64,000 nucleotides of DNA from Macrostomum lignano (Eukaryota), in the NCBI GenBank assembly GCA_002269645.1, contig NIVC01003873.1, forward strand, positions 8,747 to 72,746. Reading direction: 5' to 3'. Shown here piece after piece: positions 23,501 to 33,938 of this stretch. The notes beneath the pieces are model-generated. The model was not told the DNA's origin and did no database searches. It saw only the letters and a list, made by a program, of their open reading frames with translations. Within the stretch, counting starts at the first letter, position 1. The number at the start of each line of letters is the position of its first letter. Made by a program: the position numbers and the translations under genes.

Positions 23501-26500
23501 TCGTGTTGCGTTCCATTTTAGTTTGTTTTCTTGTGTTCTAGTAAGCTTGTGCTCTATCTTGTGCATAACTACTTTGTTTGTTTATTCTTCAATTTAAGCA
23601 CCGCTAGCGTCTGATTTTATTTTAGTCACCCTATTGTTTGCTCTCAGCATTTCCGAATTGTTCTCCATCAAGTCCGCCACAAAGTAATAATTTAGTAACT
23701 CTTGCAGTATACCATTATCCAGTTTATCAACATAATAAAATTTAACCAATTTAATAATTATTTCTTCATTCATTCTTATTCAAAGCCCTTAGTTTTCTAT
23801 TGAGTTATTTGCCCACAAGGCGTAAAACAATCAATTAGTCTTATCTTAAAGAAAGCACTGAGACCCTTAATATTCCATAATACAAAATTATAGTGGTGGC
23901 AGTGCTACTCTACTACTGATAGTAACAAACTGAGCATATCAATAGAGTATGAATTTTACAGTGTCTAAGGACCCAATTGAATGACTGTGCTATTAAAAGA
24001 CTGCTCGACTGCGAATTACAACTACCCTCCCCCCAGAATTGAGGACCCCATCAGACAGAGTATCAAACGAGAAGCAATAAGAATCAGTTCTTGAAATTTT
24101 CTAGCTTTACAAGTGCCGAGACAACACAGGTGACAATTCAAACATTAGAAACCCGCCCACCTTTACAAATTCTTTTCTTCTCTGCCCCCATCTCACAATC
24201 TTAAAACTTATTCTAGAAATTTCCTTAATTCAATTAAATGTTAATTTTACTTCTAAATCCTAAATATAGAGTTTATATTTTTCAATTTTATTACTGCCTT
24301 TGCATGGTAGCTTTATATATAAGCATTTAACACATTCAACTTTATTTTAACAAATGAAGTTTCCAGAATTTTCTGGTAATATGCCATATAGTAATATAAA
24401 TAAATATGGACCAAATATACAATCCCTAGTTAAGTTTCTATCTACTAGATCTGATATCCTAAACCAAAAAACTTTCTCCTAACTTTTAATTTTGTCAAAC
24501 CTTACCATTCCTTTATATTCTTACCAGTATCATCTATTCAAGAAGCAAATAAGATTCTACTAAACGCTAATGACCTTGATTATAAAGCAAAGTTGTGCAT
24601 CATTTCTCACTCCTTGGAGGAAAAGAGCTATGCCCAGCATTTGTAAGGATTATATATACACTAATGACAAATGGCATATAAGTCCACTATAACAGCACAG
24701 GTTCAGATAGAAATGAAGTATTCAAACCATTTTTTTATAGTTAAAACAGCAATTGAGATGCAGTTCAAGAATCAAGAGTGCCAATGTCAATGATGATATA
24801 ATTTATTTAGCCATTGTCACAGCTCTAAAAAATGCTCCAGACAAAGGTGATGATCACAAGCAAAAAATACAATGTGAACCATCAACTAGTAAGCAAGAAG
24901 CAAGTTCAAGGCAGTGAAAAAGTGTCATGACAATAAATGGTAAAAGGTCAATAAAGCTTAAAATGAGCAAGGTCAGCCCAACCTTGGCTGAAACCTACCT
25001 ATATTATAATATACTCATAATTCAGAAATAAACTTTCTTTCATTCACTAAGTTTGATAGCTATATTAATAGTTCAATGTGGATACTTCAAATAATAACCT
25101 ATAGTATGCTAAAGTTTACAATGTATATAATGAGGAGAACATATAATATGCTTAAAAAACAATGACAATAGCTTGCTATGTCATAGATAGATGCACTATA
25201 CAATCATAAAGCAACCCCACAATTCAATAATTCTATTAAATTGTAATAAGAGAAAGTTTAAAATTTCCTATGTAATTAATGCCTATATTATCTGGTAAAT
25301 TTTATAGTTTTTACCATATATAATGTTTAATTGCCTTTTTAATACAAACTCAACTATATTACAATTATTAAAAACATTATATGCTAATATAACTACTAAT
25401 ACCACAACTATATATTGGTTTTAGTTGTAGAAAAATGAAGAAGCAGCTATTTTTAGCTCATTCTGACCTACTAAAGGAGGTCAATAGTGCCAACAAAGTT
25501 TTTGCTGATGGAACATTTCATGTTTTTCTAACTTTTTATTAGATGTTAACAGTGGGAGTTTCAAAGAAGGGATGTTCCTTCCCTGCTTTCTTGCACTCTT
25601 GATTGGCAAGAATAAAGCAGTCTACAAGCTGGTATAGCAAAGCTAAAAAAATATGTTTAAAATTCTAACCTGCTAATCTAATGAATGATTTTGAGTTAGC
25701 TCTATATGACTCATTCATTGAGGCCTTCCCTTACTCTAAAGCTCATGGCTATTGGTTTCATTTCATGTAGGCTATCCTTTTCAAGTTTAAAAAAATGGGC
25801 CTACAAGGTCATTTCTGCTGCAACATTGAGGTTTAAAGCTACATCTGGCTTATTCTATGCCTCTCTATAATGCTACATGAGCTTTCTATGGCAAGGAGCA
25901 AAGATTGGACAAACAGCAAGGAGTCATATCATAATTGTTGGAAAAATATGATTGATGTACCTTACCCAAAACATGTGAGAATTTATTGGTGCATATGTAA
26001 GGGCTGTATTGTTTCTTTTCATTTGCAATTATAATTCTACTTTATCTACTTTATCAGACTTTCTCAGAATAATCTTTCATTATAGTCACCTTTTATGCAT
26101 CAACAACTCAAAGTATATATGATGTTTATGCTATAGATCTATGTAGGTTAAACTAGGGCCTGCAAATCTAGTGAATGCAAGATGAAAAAATCCTTAAATG
26201 TGCTCAAATCATGGAGCTTTATCAATGCCTTAATAATAGCAGTTTGTCATTTGAGATTTCACAAAGCATTGCTCTTTTGCCACCAACTTTTTTCTAAATA
26301 AGGCATGCATTGCTGTTCCACTACTTGCTATTGCTTAGCATGGACTGACTATTGCCACTGGCGCCAAGAGAAAGCAGCAATAACTAACTATCACTTAGCA
26401 TGAATAGACTATCATTGCTAGTGTTAAGAGCAATCCGAAACACCTGGCTGCTGCTCATTGCCAATGCCTAGTGTTTTTCAACAATATGTTGTTGCTAAAT

Positions 26501-29500
26501 GCTAAATGCATTTGGTTAAAGCTTTTTTCCTGGATTTGCTCCTCTTTTGCTATACTTGTACTCAACCTGGTCTGTGCAGAGCTACCTATGTTGTCTGCTA
26601 TCTCTGTGCTATATGACATAATGACATTCTTGTAGCAACAAAACAATCTAAGAATATGCTTTTCTTAAGAGGCATTTAAATTTTTAAGTGGCTTTAAGTC
26701 TAACAGATAAAAAATCTACCATTCCATTAAATCATTTAATTCCATTTTCTTGAAATATCAATTTGGATACAACAAAAGTCACAGCTTACTGTGTATAGAT
26801 CTTTGAAAAAGTATCCAAGACCATTTGAAAGCTACTTAGGACTTTTGAATTAAAATCAAAAGAACTATTCAAGTGTCTATTTAGCAGCTTATTGCCAGAA
26901 ATACCCAGATTTGCTAATTCGAAACAGAAATACTTCTACCCTAAAAGTGTTTCTTCTTAAATATAGTAGTGAAACAATAGAGCAGAGATGTGTAAGCTTG
27001 AAACAAAAAACCAAGAAGTTAAATTGGTTGATAGATTATTTAACAATATTGACAATTTATTTAAGCAGAAACACCTAGCTGCTGCTCATTGCCATTGCCT
27101 AGTGTGTTTCAACAATATGTTGTTGCTAAATGCAGCTGTGACTTATGGCCATGTTGTTTGTACCTTTTTTGCCCATTGACTTACTTCTATAATTGCAGTT
27201 ACCTTGCTTGGTTTGTTATCAAGTTGTGTTTTAATATTCCTATCTTCATTTACATACATGCGCAACTGCTGGCCGACCTGGCTGATCTGGCCACCGTAAA
27301 TTGTGGTGGACAAGGGGTAAGTCACAAAAATGCCCAGCCTAAAGAATACAGATGTAGTACTAATTGGATGACGAGGCATTTAGCCCTTATAAGACAGTCA
27401 TAGTTACTCCTGCCGTTTACCCAAAATTGCGTTAGGGTTTCTTTCACAGGTAGGTCGCATTTTTGGTCAAAAAGTAAGTCCCACGGCCAGTGTAAATCAG
27501 GGGGGTTGCGCATGTATGTTCATTTATAAACTTAATTATTAGACTTGCAAATTTGCACATTTTCATAGAGATAAAAGCAAAAATTAAAAAATTAGGGAAT
27601 TCAAAGCCAGCCTCCAGTTACAGCCTGGAGATAATATTATAGCCATAAGATTATAACTTTTTATAATGAAATGTACCTACTCTTAGCAGTCTTCAATTTT
27701 TCAAAACTTATCTTTTTCAAAGTTTCATTTCCTTAAAAAGCAGCTTTAATTTATGGTACACTTTTTAGGGGAAAAAAGTTTGAGAACATGATAATGCCCT
27801 ATTTATATTCTTCAGTCTTAATGATTAATTCTAGCACAAAAATATTATTTATATGTTTACATTAAGTGCAAAATGGCTTATTTACTGTTAATGCAACATT
27901 TTTATCTCTATATTTGTGCTAGCATTTTTTAATTTTTATATATTTTTAGTTGTAGTATATAATCTTTATTGTTAAGACTACTTAATTTTTTCAACCACCC
28001 TTTCAAATGTAGCTTTATCTGTACTTCTTAATTTGATAATGTTACAAAACAGCATAATATCCTTTATAGAATTTTGCTTTGTTGTACATCATACTGCTAT
28101 TTAAAGATATTATAAACAATGTTGCTTTGCCTTAAAATGCAAAGTTAAGAATTTCAAATAAACTTACTGGAGCAAGGTTAGGCCTACCAAAGGAGAGCTT
28201 AACAAAGTTTAGGACAAAGATGCCAGTTTTGGAAAATTTCTTTCTTTATTCCAGTGTTCACTGTTTTAATTTCATATAGTTCCATTTACTTTTTAACAGT
28301 TAATAAAATATGAAGGTGGCTGCTAAATCAATTTGTGACTTTTTGAGCCTGTGATGGTGACTGCTAAATGAGTTTTTAGTTATGTGAATTTATATTAGCC
28401 TAATGTGATAATTGCTGAATTTTTTGACAATATGATTTTTTAAGATTGTGTTAATGGTTGCTAAATCAATTTTTCAATGATGTAACTTTTTAAGCTTGTG
28501 CCTTTTTGAGCTTATGAGGAAGGCCCTTCTCGTCTTATGTAAAAAATTCAATTGCTAGTACACATTTCAAACTTGCGCTAAAACTAAGAATGACATTTTG
28601 TTTTACTATTTATGTTTTCCAAAATATTTTCACGATTTTTTTTGTTAAAACTAGACCTAAAAATTGGTATCAATAGAAGCAAATTTTGCATGAGAGAGGA
28701 GCAACCAGTTCGGTCTCATTTCATGACTTGCTCTTGCAGCTTAAACGGTAAAATAGTTAAGAAGTGTTTCGAGTAAATATTGAAAAGTGTTTTCCAATTT
28801 TTTCATTTGCTGAAGTAAGAATGAAGTAGAGGGAAGTGTGTACCATATATATTACTGAGAAGGAAAGTATTGAGTGGTAAGAGAATTACGAAGTAGATCT
28901 AGATCAATATATGCAAAATAACCAGAGGCTGTGACCCTCTGATCTCGGTACCGCCCAGGACTTGGAAAGTACATACAATATGTATACCAGTAAAGCCAAT
29001 ATAATGCTTAGGCCAAATCATTAGAACACTACTAGGAACATTGTAAATGCTACCAGAATAATAGAAAAGAAATACTTATAATGACTGAATAATATACTTA
29101 GACATATTCTAAGAAACATTCTCAGACTTATTCTAAGATTAATAAACTTATAATTTATTAATAAAATAGTCTTGGTGGCAGCTACCAACATTAGAACAAT
29201 TTATAAAGACAGAAGTCAAACCCTATAACAACTTAGTGATAGTTGGGGAATCATTTGTAGAGACAGAAGTTACCCCTAGCATACTTATAATACTAATAAT
29301 GGTTGCTAAATCAATTTTATATGAAAGTTATGAAAACTTTTGTTTTTGTATCATTTTCAACTTACACTATACTTACTGGAGTCTTTATCTAGGGGCTATA
29401 GGCCTATTCCAGAAGGCATACATCATGTCAGAAATTTGTGGCATGCATTTAGTTTGGTCTAAAAATTGTGGCATGCATTAGCATATATTTGGGTATTGCA

Positions 29501-30246
29501 TACCAAAAGTGGCATGTTGGCATTCTATAGCATGGAATACCTGGTGTATAGTATGGCCTGGCATGATAGTGGGACATGTTTTGTTGAGACAAGTTTATGA
29601 AAAGACATGGTATAATGAAGACATAAATTCATACTTTTTTCCAAATTGACAAGTAAATTTTAATGTGCCAAAAAGAACCACTGTATATTTGCATGCTACA
29701 AAAGTTTTTAAAAACATTAAAACATCATAATATGCTTTTTTGAAGTGCATTTTTCAATGTAAAAAGTTGCATGTTTTTTATAAAATATTAGTTTGGCTAA
29801 TCTACTTGGCACCGGCGTGCATCTACTTGGCACTGGCTGGCATGCATTGGTTCAGAGCATTCCGGTGTGCACTCAACATGATCTGGACTTTGGAGTATGG
29901 CATGGCCTATGGGCTTAATAGACAACTAACAAGACAACTATTAGGCCTAGCCATATCAATTATTATAAATATAATATAGCAAAGCAAAAAATATATATGA
30001 CATCATTTTAAAACAATCAATCTATACTCATATTTCAAACTCAAAGATCATTCAAAAATGATTTATAAAACCATGCTTACCATTTAATTTAGCAGTTAGC
30101 TCATCAATATGTTTTTCATAGACCTCTGTTTCATGTGAATAAGCAGCTAATTCTTTTTTCTGCTTCCAGTTGATATGAATAGTATAAACAAAAACAAATG
30201 AAACAAGAATGATAAAGATGGCGATGTTTCGGGTGTTCATTCTCAT
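5560..30246 (-). CDS. Type II membrane coiled-coil protein (GOLM1/CASC4-like architecture); exons 30246-30081 and 6230-5560
   Basis: Exon 1 encodes a signal anchor (NIAIFIILVSFVFVYTI) and a coiled-coil start, ending aatg|gtaagc (phase 1). Terminal exon starts ttcattcaattcgcag|cg (phase 1) and continues the heptad-like coiled coil (..LTAKLNALDASRS..DLESQVKQLTELR). The linkage is inferred from strand, phase and sequence continuity; hidden middle exons are possible. Confidence 0.6.
6292..7255. repeat. 34-bp minisatellite, ~28 copies
   Basis: Unit tctaagaatctgaatatctagggactgaggcttt; variants drift along the array. Confidence 0.97.
8104..8430. mobile_element. hAT-family MITE with GA-rich interior
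   Basis: TIRs cagggattagcaaac / gtttgcaaaccctg; 8-bp TSD ctctagag (8096-8103) / ctttagag (8431-8438), one mismatch. Confidence 0.8.
8495..8660. repeat. Dispersed repeat segment X; second copy at ~26513-26680
   Basis: Shared text ttaaagct..ctggatt..ctcaacctggtctgtgcagagctacct.tgttgtctgctatctctgtgct at both loci. Confidence 0.85.
9548..12822. repeat. 183-bp satellite, ~18 copies, with an 8-monomer higher-order repeat
   Basis: atggggaaatcc recurs at 9566, 9749, 9932, 10115...; rare variants recur 1463-1464 bp apart. Confidence 0.97.
14084..14397. mobile_element. CACAG-ended MITE (CMC-like) with ~90-bp TIRs
   Basis: cacagaccatatagaatatagactgcgaatctcgggggcctgcccaggcgcgttgtgggaca... inverted at ~14307-14397; 2-bp TSD gg/gg. 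Confidence 0.8.
16859..18829 (-). CDS. CACTA/EnSpm-type DDE transposase, intact 656 aa
   Basis: Motifs FNSDGLPLFKSS..WPI, FVCDAPARAY, CGYC, HAVCLG, FKASEYRQFLLY, YNIHALLH and FPFENYLG are characteristic of CMC transposases; no internal stops. Confidence 0.92.
   Translation of the reverse strand: MSWTIRRKANKFVLDLLDEQPKEATDENMVLKKAKTEEEIEPIAFDASVTRKACFDELRSPPESESEEEDADDEDKRSFEEKLEALLILFFILYKVPRDGVKLLLGGLRKLGVQAPRSKYMIDKILKGEKTDTSLEPMGEGQFRYFGIGENLQMLLKKGLLNLTRPDDLHSTNESRVYMYSFCALFNSDGLPLFKSSQFGLWPILMMIPDAFPRPFPVGIYAGKGKPPLQAYLREFCNEAKKFLSAPVRISKSVQITISAIRFVCDAPARAYICGILGHTAYAGCGYCRAVGIHFKKRMTFSTVVGESRCGEMYRAGQESNQQRKTGNIIMSPLLQLPNVDFVNSFPVEFQHAVCLGAVRKFFYFYFDPEGGRKVKKDQISHLSDRIAALTKYTPSNFQRRPRRLSDLKFFKASEYRQFLLYLGPVLFKGFLPELLYNHFLLLHFAMYVYSSDRHTKYWDQAKSSVEVFVEQTAIYFGQEAISYNIHALLHFDQFVRLYGNINSFTTFPFENYLGAIKRRIKVTRHLAAHSVNEIVCVRNLMHDDPVKPLKYSSKMGDNACFIRNICVLIEHITEERVATGRVLKPEGEIYSQPYSSMRLGIGFYGLTEEVLIGKPEWKCWLLPKSVADSTSSASRPEADETGLFYVVPLAGGDCN
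19192..21607 (+). CDS. CACTA second gene (TnpA-like, DUF4806/BEN-like domain), 6 exons, ~591 aa
   Basis: Exons 19192-19377, 19507-19677, 19785-19962, 20067-20632, 20751-20955, 21138-21607; all GT-AG and phase-compatible (1776 nt). Contains LREMLNYALTAEMQKVVNFNGR...CMNMLKHAADR and a Gln-rich tail. Confidence 0.85.
22412..22590. repeat. 52-bp tandem repeat (~3.5 copies), each with a hairpin-forming palindrome
   Basis: catttatctgg-cccag-ccagataaatg (11-bp stem); units start at 22412, 22464, 22516, 22567. Confidence 0.85.
22610..22970. repeat. Dispersed repeat segment Y; second copy at ~26690-27060
   Basis: Shared ctttaagtc.aacagat.aaaaatctaccatt...caagaccatttgaaagctact..ggacttttgaattaaaatcaaaagaac.attcaagtgtcta. 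Confidence 0.9.
24520..24850 (+). pseudogene. Decayed DUF4806-like (CACTA TnpA-like) gene remnant
   Basis: Broken frames read LPVSSIQEANKILL, LGGKELCPAFVRIIYTLMTNGI*VHYNSTG and IYLAIVTALKNAPDK. Confidence 0.6.
25498..25820 (+). pseudogene. Decayed MULE (Mutator-like) transposase remnant
   Basis: Frames read VFADGTFHVF..FY*MLT, LPCFLALLIGKNKAVY and NDFELALYDSFIEAFPYSKAHGYWFHFM*A, matching MULE DGTF / DFE / GC.FH..Q motifs. Confidence 0.8.
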
Positions 30247-31124
30247 TACGGAAAAAATTAACTGTAAGTTGTGATAGAATAGATTGTTTCCTAACTTAAG
30301 ACAGGAGACAATCTGAATCAGGACAGGACAGTAGGCCTATGAACAATTTTTTTAAGCTTTTTCCTATCCTTAACTTATTATTATTTTATTTGAAATGAAA
30401 ATACTGACGAAGAATTTAGTTAAAGATGTGGCAGTTACCAGCTTACCAGTTAGCGGTCACAGTGTCTGTGACTGTCACCATTCGATCACTAAAAAAGGAT
30501 TTCCTCGAATTTTTCAAAGCTGCTATTGATGATAATTTAATTTTTGTAACGTACTTTTTTGGCAGCTTTTAATTATTTAAATGTGTTTATTTTGATTAAA
30601 TCTATAAAAAGTGCTTAGCTAAATAATATATTGGCTATGGTCGATTGTGTTTTTGTTAAACTGCTCTGCTCAAATTAGCTGTACCGGGTTAAATGATTAG
30701 TAGGCTTTTCATATTACCGAATCCAAAACCAGTATCGGTTCGAAGCTTTTCATTTTGTCTGTTCCGTTTTCAGAATCGGTTCCAGAACCGTGATCCGATT
30801 CTGGAATTCTGTTTGAGAAATTTTCTTCATCAATTTGTCATGTATATTTTTCACATTTTAACAGTATAAAATATATATTTGAAATCGTCAATTTTTTATT
30901 ATTGATATATTTGTACTCTGTTTTTTGTCGTATCCAAGACGAAGCAAAGTCAAGGAAAGACAAAATTTAATTATAAAGACTGACAAGCATAAAATAGGTT
31001 CGAAGCTTTTCGATCATTTTCCTACCGATTCTGGTTCTGGAATTGGAATTATTCTGGTTCTGGAACCAATCTTCGTGAAAAGCCTATAGGAGCAGAGCTT
31101 TAATAGCCTTGCTTTAACGCAACA

Positions 31125-32512
31125 AAAAATGCCACAGTGCGGAAAATTGAACCACTTCAGTCGATGCTGCCGCAGCAAAGCACTCCAAGTCGAAGAGCAC
31201 ACAAGATAGTCATGATCTACGCGGTGCATGGCAGCGACGATATCCCAGTCGAGCTTCAACTGGGAAACTGCTCGGAGTCTCTCAGCCTGAATGGTCGACT
31301 GCGGCGCCAAAGTCTCTCTGCTCAACGAGGCTACGGCGAGAAGTCTGGGCGACATCGATCTGAAGCCATCGGCAGTGCAGCTAGCTACGAGCTTACGGCG
31401 GAAAGAAGATCGCCGTCGAGGGGCTCGCAACAGTCGGCGTCGAGTACTGCAGCCAAGAACTGCAACAAGACTTTCACGTCACTAGGTCGGGCGAAAATAT
31501 CGTCGGCCGCGATCTGATGCAGAAGCAGGGCATATCCAAGTGCCACTCAAGCCTCACGATGTCAACATCGGAATTGTCAACGTGGACATCTCCAGCGAGT
31601 TACCAGCGGTCTTCGACGTATTAATTGGTCGATCTCTGCAGAGAGGAGCGGTGCATTAACCGAGGATCGACACGGCTGTGCCACCAGTGCAGCAGCCGCT
31701 GCGCCGCCTGCCACTCGCCAAGCAGCAACAGATCGGTAAGGAACTTGACCGTCTGGAGGCAGCAGGCATCATCGAGCGGGTCAACTTAAGCCCATGGATT
31801 TCTAATCTGGTCGTAGCGAACAAGAAGGACGGCAGAATTCGAGTGTGCATCGACGTGCGCGAAGCAAATAAGTCGCTGATCATCGACGACACCCGATGCC
31901 GCAGCTGGACGAGATCTCCGCGAAGATCAAGGCGGCCGGCAGCCGCATGTTCTTCAAGATCGACCTCAAGGCGGGCTACATATACATGCAAATGCAGCTA
32001 CATGAGTCATCACGTGACCTGACGGGGCTTGTACCGTTACTTCCGGGTGCCGTTTGGCCTAGCGTCTGCTCCGGCGGCCTTCCAGAGGATGCTGGACGAC
32101 CTGATGGCTCATCTGCCTCACCGTCAACAAGGACCGGCTCCGCTGCAGCCCCTGCCATGGCCAGATTCGCCGTGGACAGAGATCGCCATCGACATCGTGG
32201 ATGAACTGCAGGCAGCGCCGGCGTCGTCACGATTCCTACTGGTCATCACGAATCTGCACAGCAAGTGGCCGGAGGACTTCAAGGTCTGTAAGGTGCTACG
32301 CAGCCTGTTCGCACGCTGGGGCCTCTGCGAGAAGGTCCTCACCGACAACGGACCTCAGTTCGGCGACGCCTTCACCGGGTCCTGCGAGAGCGGGGCATCC
32401 AACACCTGAAGACTTGTCCGTACCAACTGAGCACCAAAGGCCAAACCGAGCGGCTCAACAGGTCCCTGATGGACAGCATTCGAGCGTCTAGAGCCGACAA
32501 CGTGCCGATCTA
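31125..32512 (+). mobile_element. Internally deleted, frameshifted Gypsy-type LTR retrotransposon gag-pol remnant
   Basis: CCHC knuckle (~31130), protease VDCGAKVSLL (31291), RT motifs SPW...KKDGRIRVCID, FFKIDLKAGY and RVPFGLASAPAAFQR, joined directly to integrase core PW..IAIDIV...SKWPE...TDNGPQF. No LTRs identified. Confidence 0.9.
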
Positions 32513-33938
32513 CCATAAGTACCATAAGTATGGTATAACGTAAATGCTAACTTTATCATTATTATTAGTGTCTTTTACGTATACTGCCACTTTCAGTAGA
32601 GTAGTTGAAAAAATAACTGTATAATGTATTATTGATCACGTGAAATCTCTGGCGATCTTTAATTTATCGATCCTGTGGTGTTTCTAAGATGACTAAAATA
32701 TAATAAAGAAACTGTGCGCACCTGGCACATTACTTTCATCTACAACTATTACAACTACGCTCGTATTACAACTATTAACACAAAACAAACCTGTTATCCT
32801 TTCTTCTCTCTTCTCCCATCTTCTCTCTCCCATTTCGATCTTTTCGCTCTTCTCTCTTCTATTCTCTTAATTCGGTCTCTCTCCTCTCTTCCCTCTACTT
32901 TCCACTTCTGGCCTTGCAGCCAGGTAGAAAATTTGACAACACCAGCAAAAAAGCTATCTACCCCAGCTCAGTTGGTTGAATGCATGCAGTTTCATTTTTC
33001 AGACGAATTTTTCTGTCTAAGTATTATCCTAGCTGTCGCAAATACTGTACCTAATAAATTGATGTAATTGCATTAATTCTGCTAATAATCCATTTGAGAG
33101 AACACTGTACATGTACCTTAATTCGCCTTTTCCTGTCTCCAACAGATACTGTACATTGTACATTAACCCAACAACTTCAACAATGACAATTCGGTACATG
33201 TACATGTATGACCTCAACTCAATGTTACGTAATAGTAACCGAAGGAGGGCTTCGGACACCCTGACGCCAACGCCTTCGCGGCGACATCGTCCCTCACTAC
33301 CAGCGCTGAGGCAATTCTGCCGCCCATTCCACTGACTCCTGCATGAGCACATACATGTACTGTACGCATGCACGCACTTGTACACACGCTCACACAGGGT
33401 GTACATATGTACGGCGGCCCTGACTTTCTAAGTCTCAAGCATGTGCAAGCTCTCTCTGTGCCTTGGGGGTTGGCCCAATTTCAAGGCACAATTGGGGGTT
33501 GGACAATTTTCGAACACACAAGCCCCAAGATAATGTGGCCGCGCACCGAATCGAACCAGGAGTCATGTGGCGTATATCATAATATGCCACTCTATATATA
33601 CTTGAAAATAAATTTAAATTGTGCCTAGAGAGACTTTAATGTCAATTTAGTAACCGAAAATAGCCCTAAGATTATTAGGCATGACTCCAATTTACATGTA
33701 AACTATGGATTAGTCGATTTTGTTTATTTCTACAGGTCTACCAAGTTTATCCATATATAGTTCTATTATTAGAAATTTTATTGCTAAAATTCGGCAAGCC
33801 ACTTCCGGGAAGTTGGTTACGAACAGCCACAAATACCTTGATTTCTTGGGTCTGGGTCGATAAGTTGCATCGAAAACTGTGAAAGCATTTAGGTTGAAAA
33901 AGGAACCTAAATTGATCACAGCATTATACGGAACGAAA

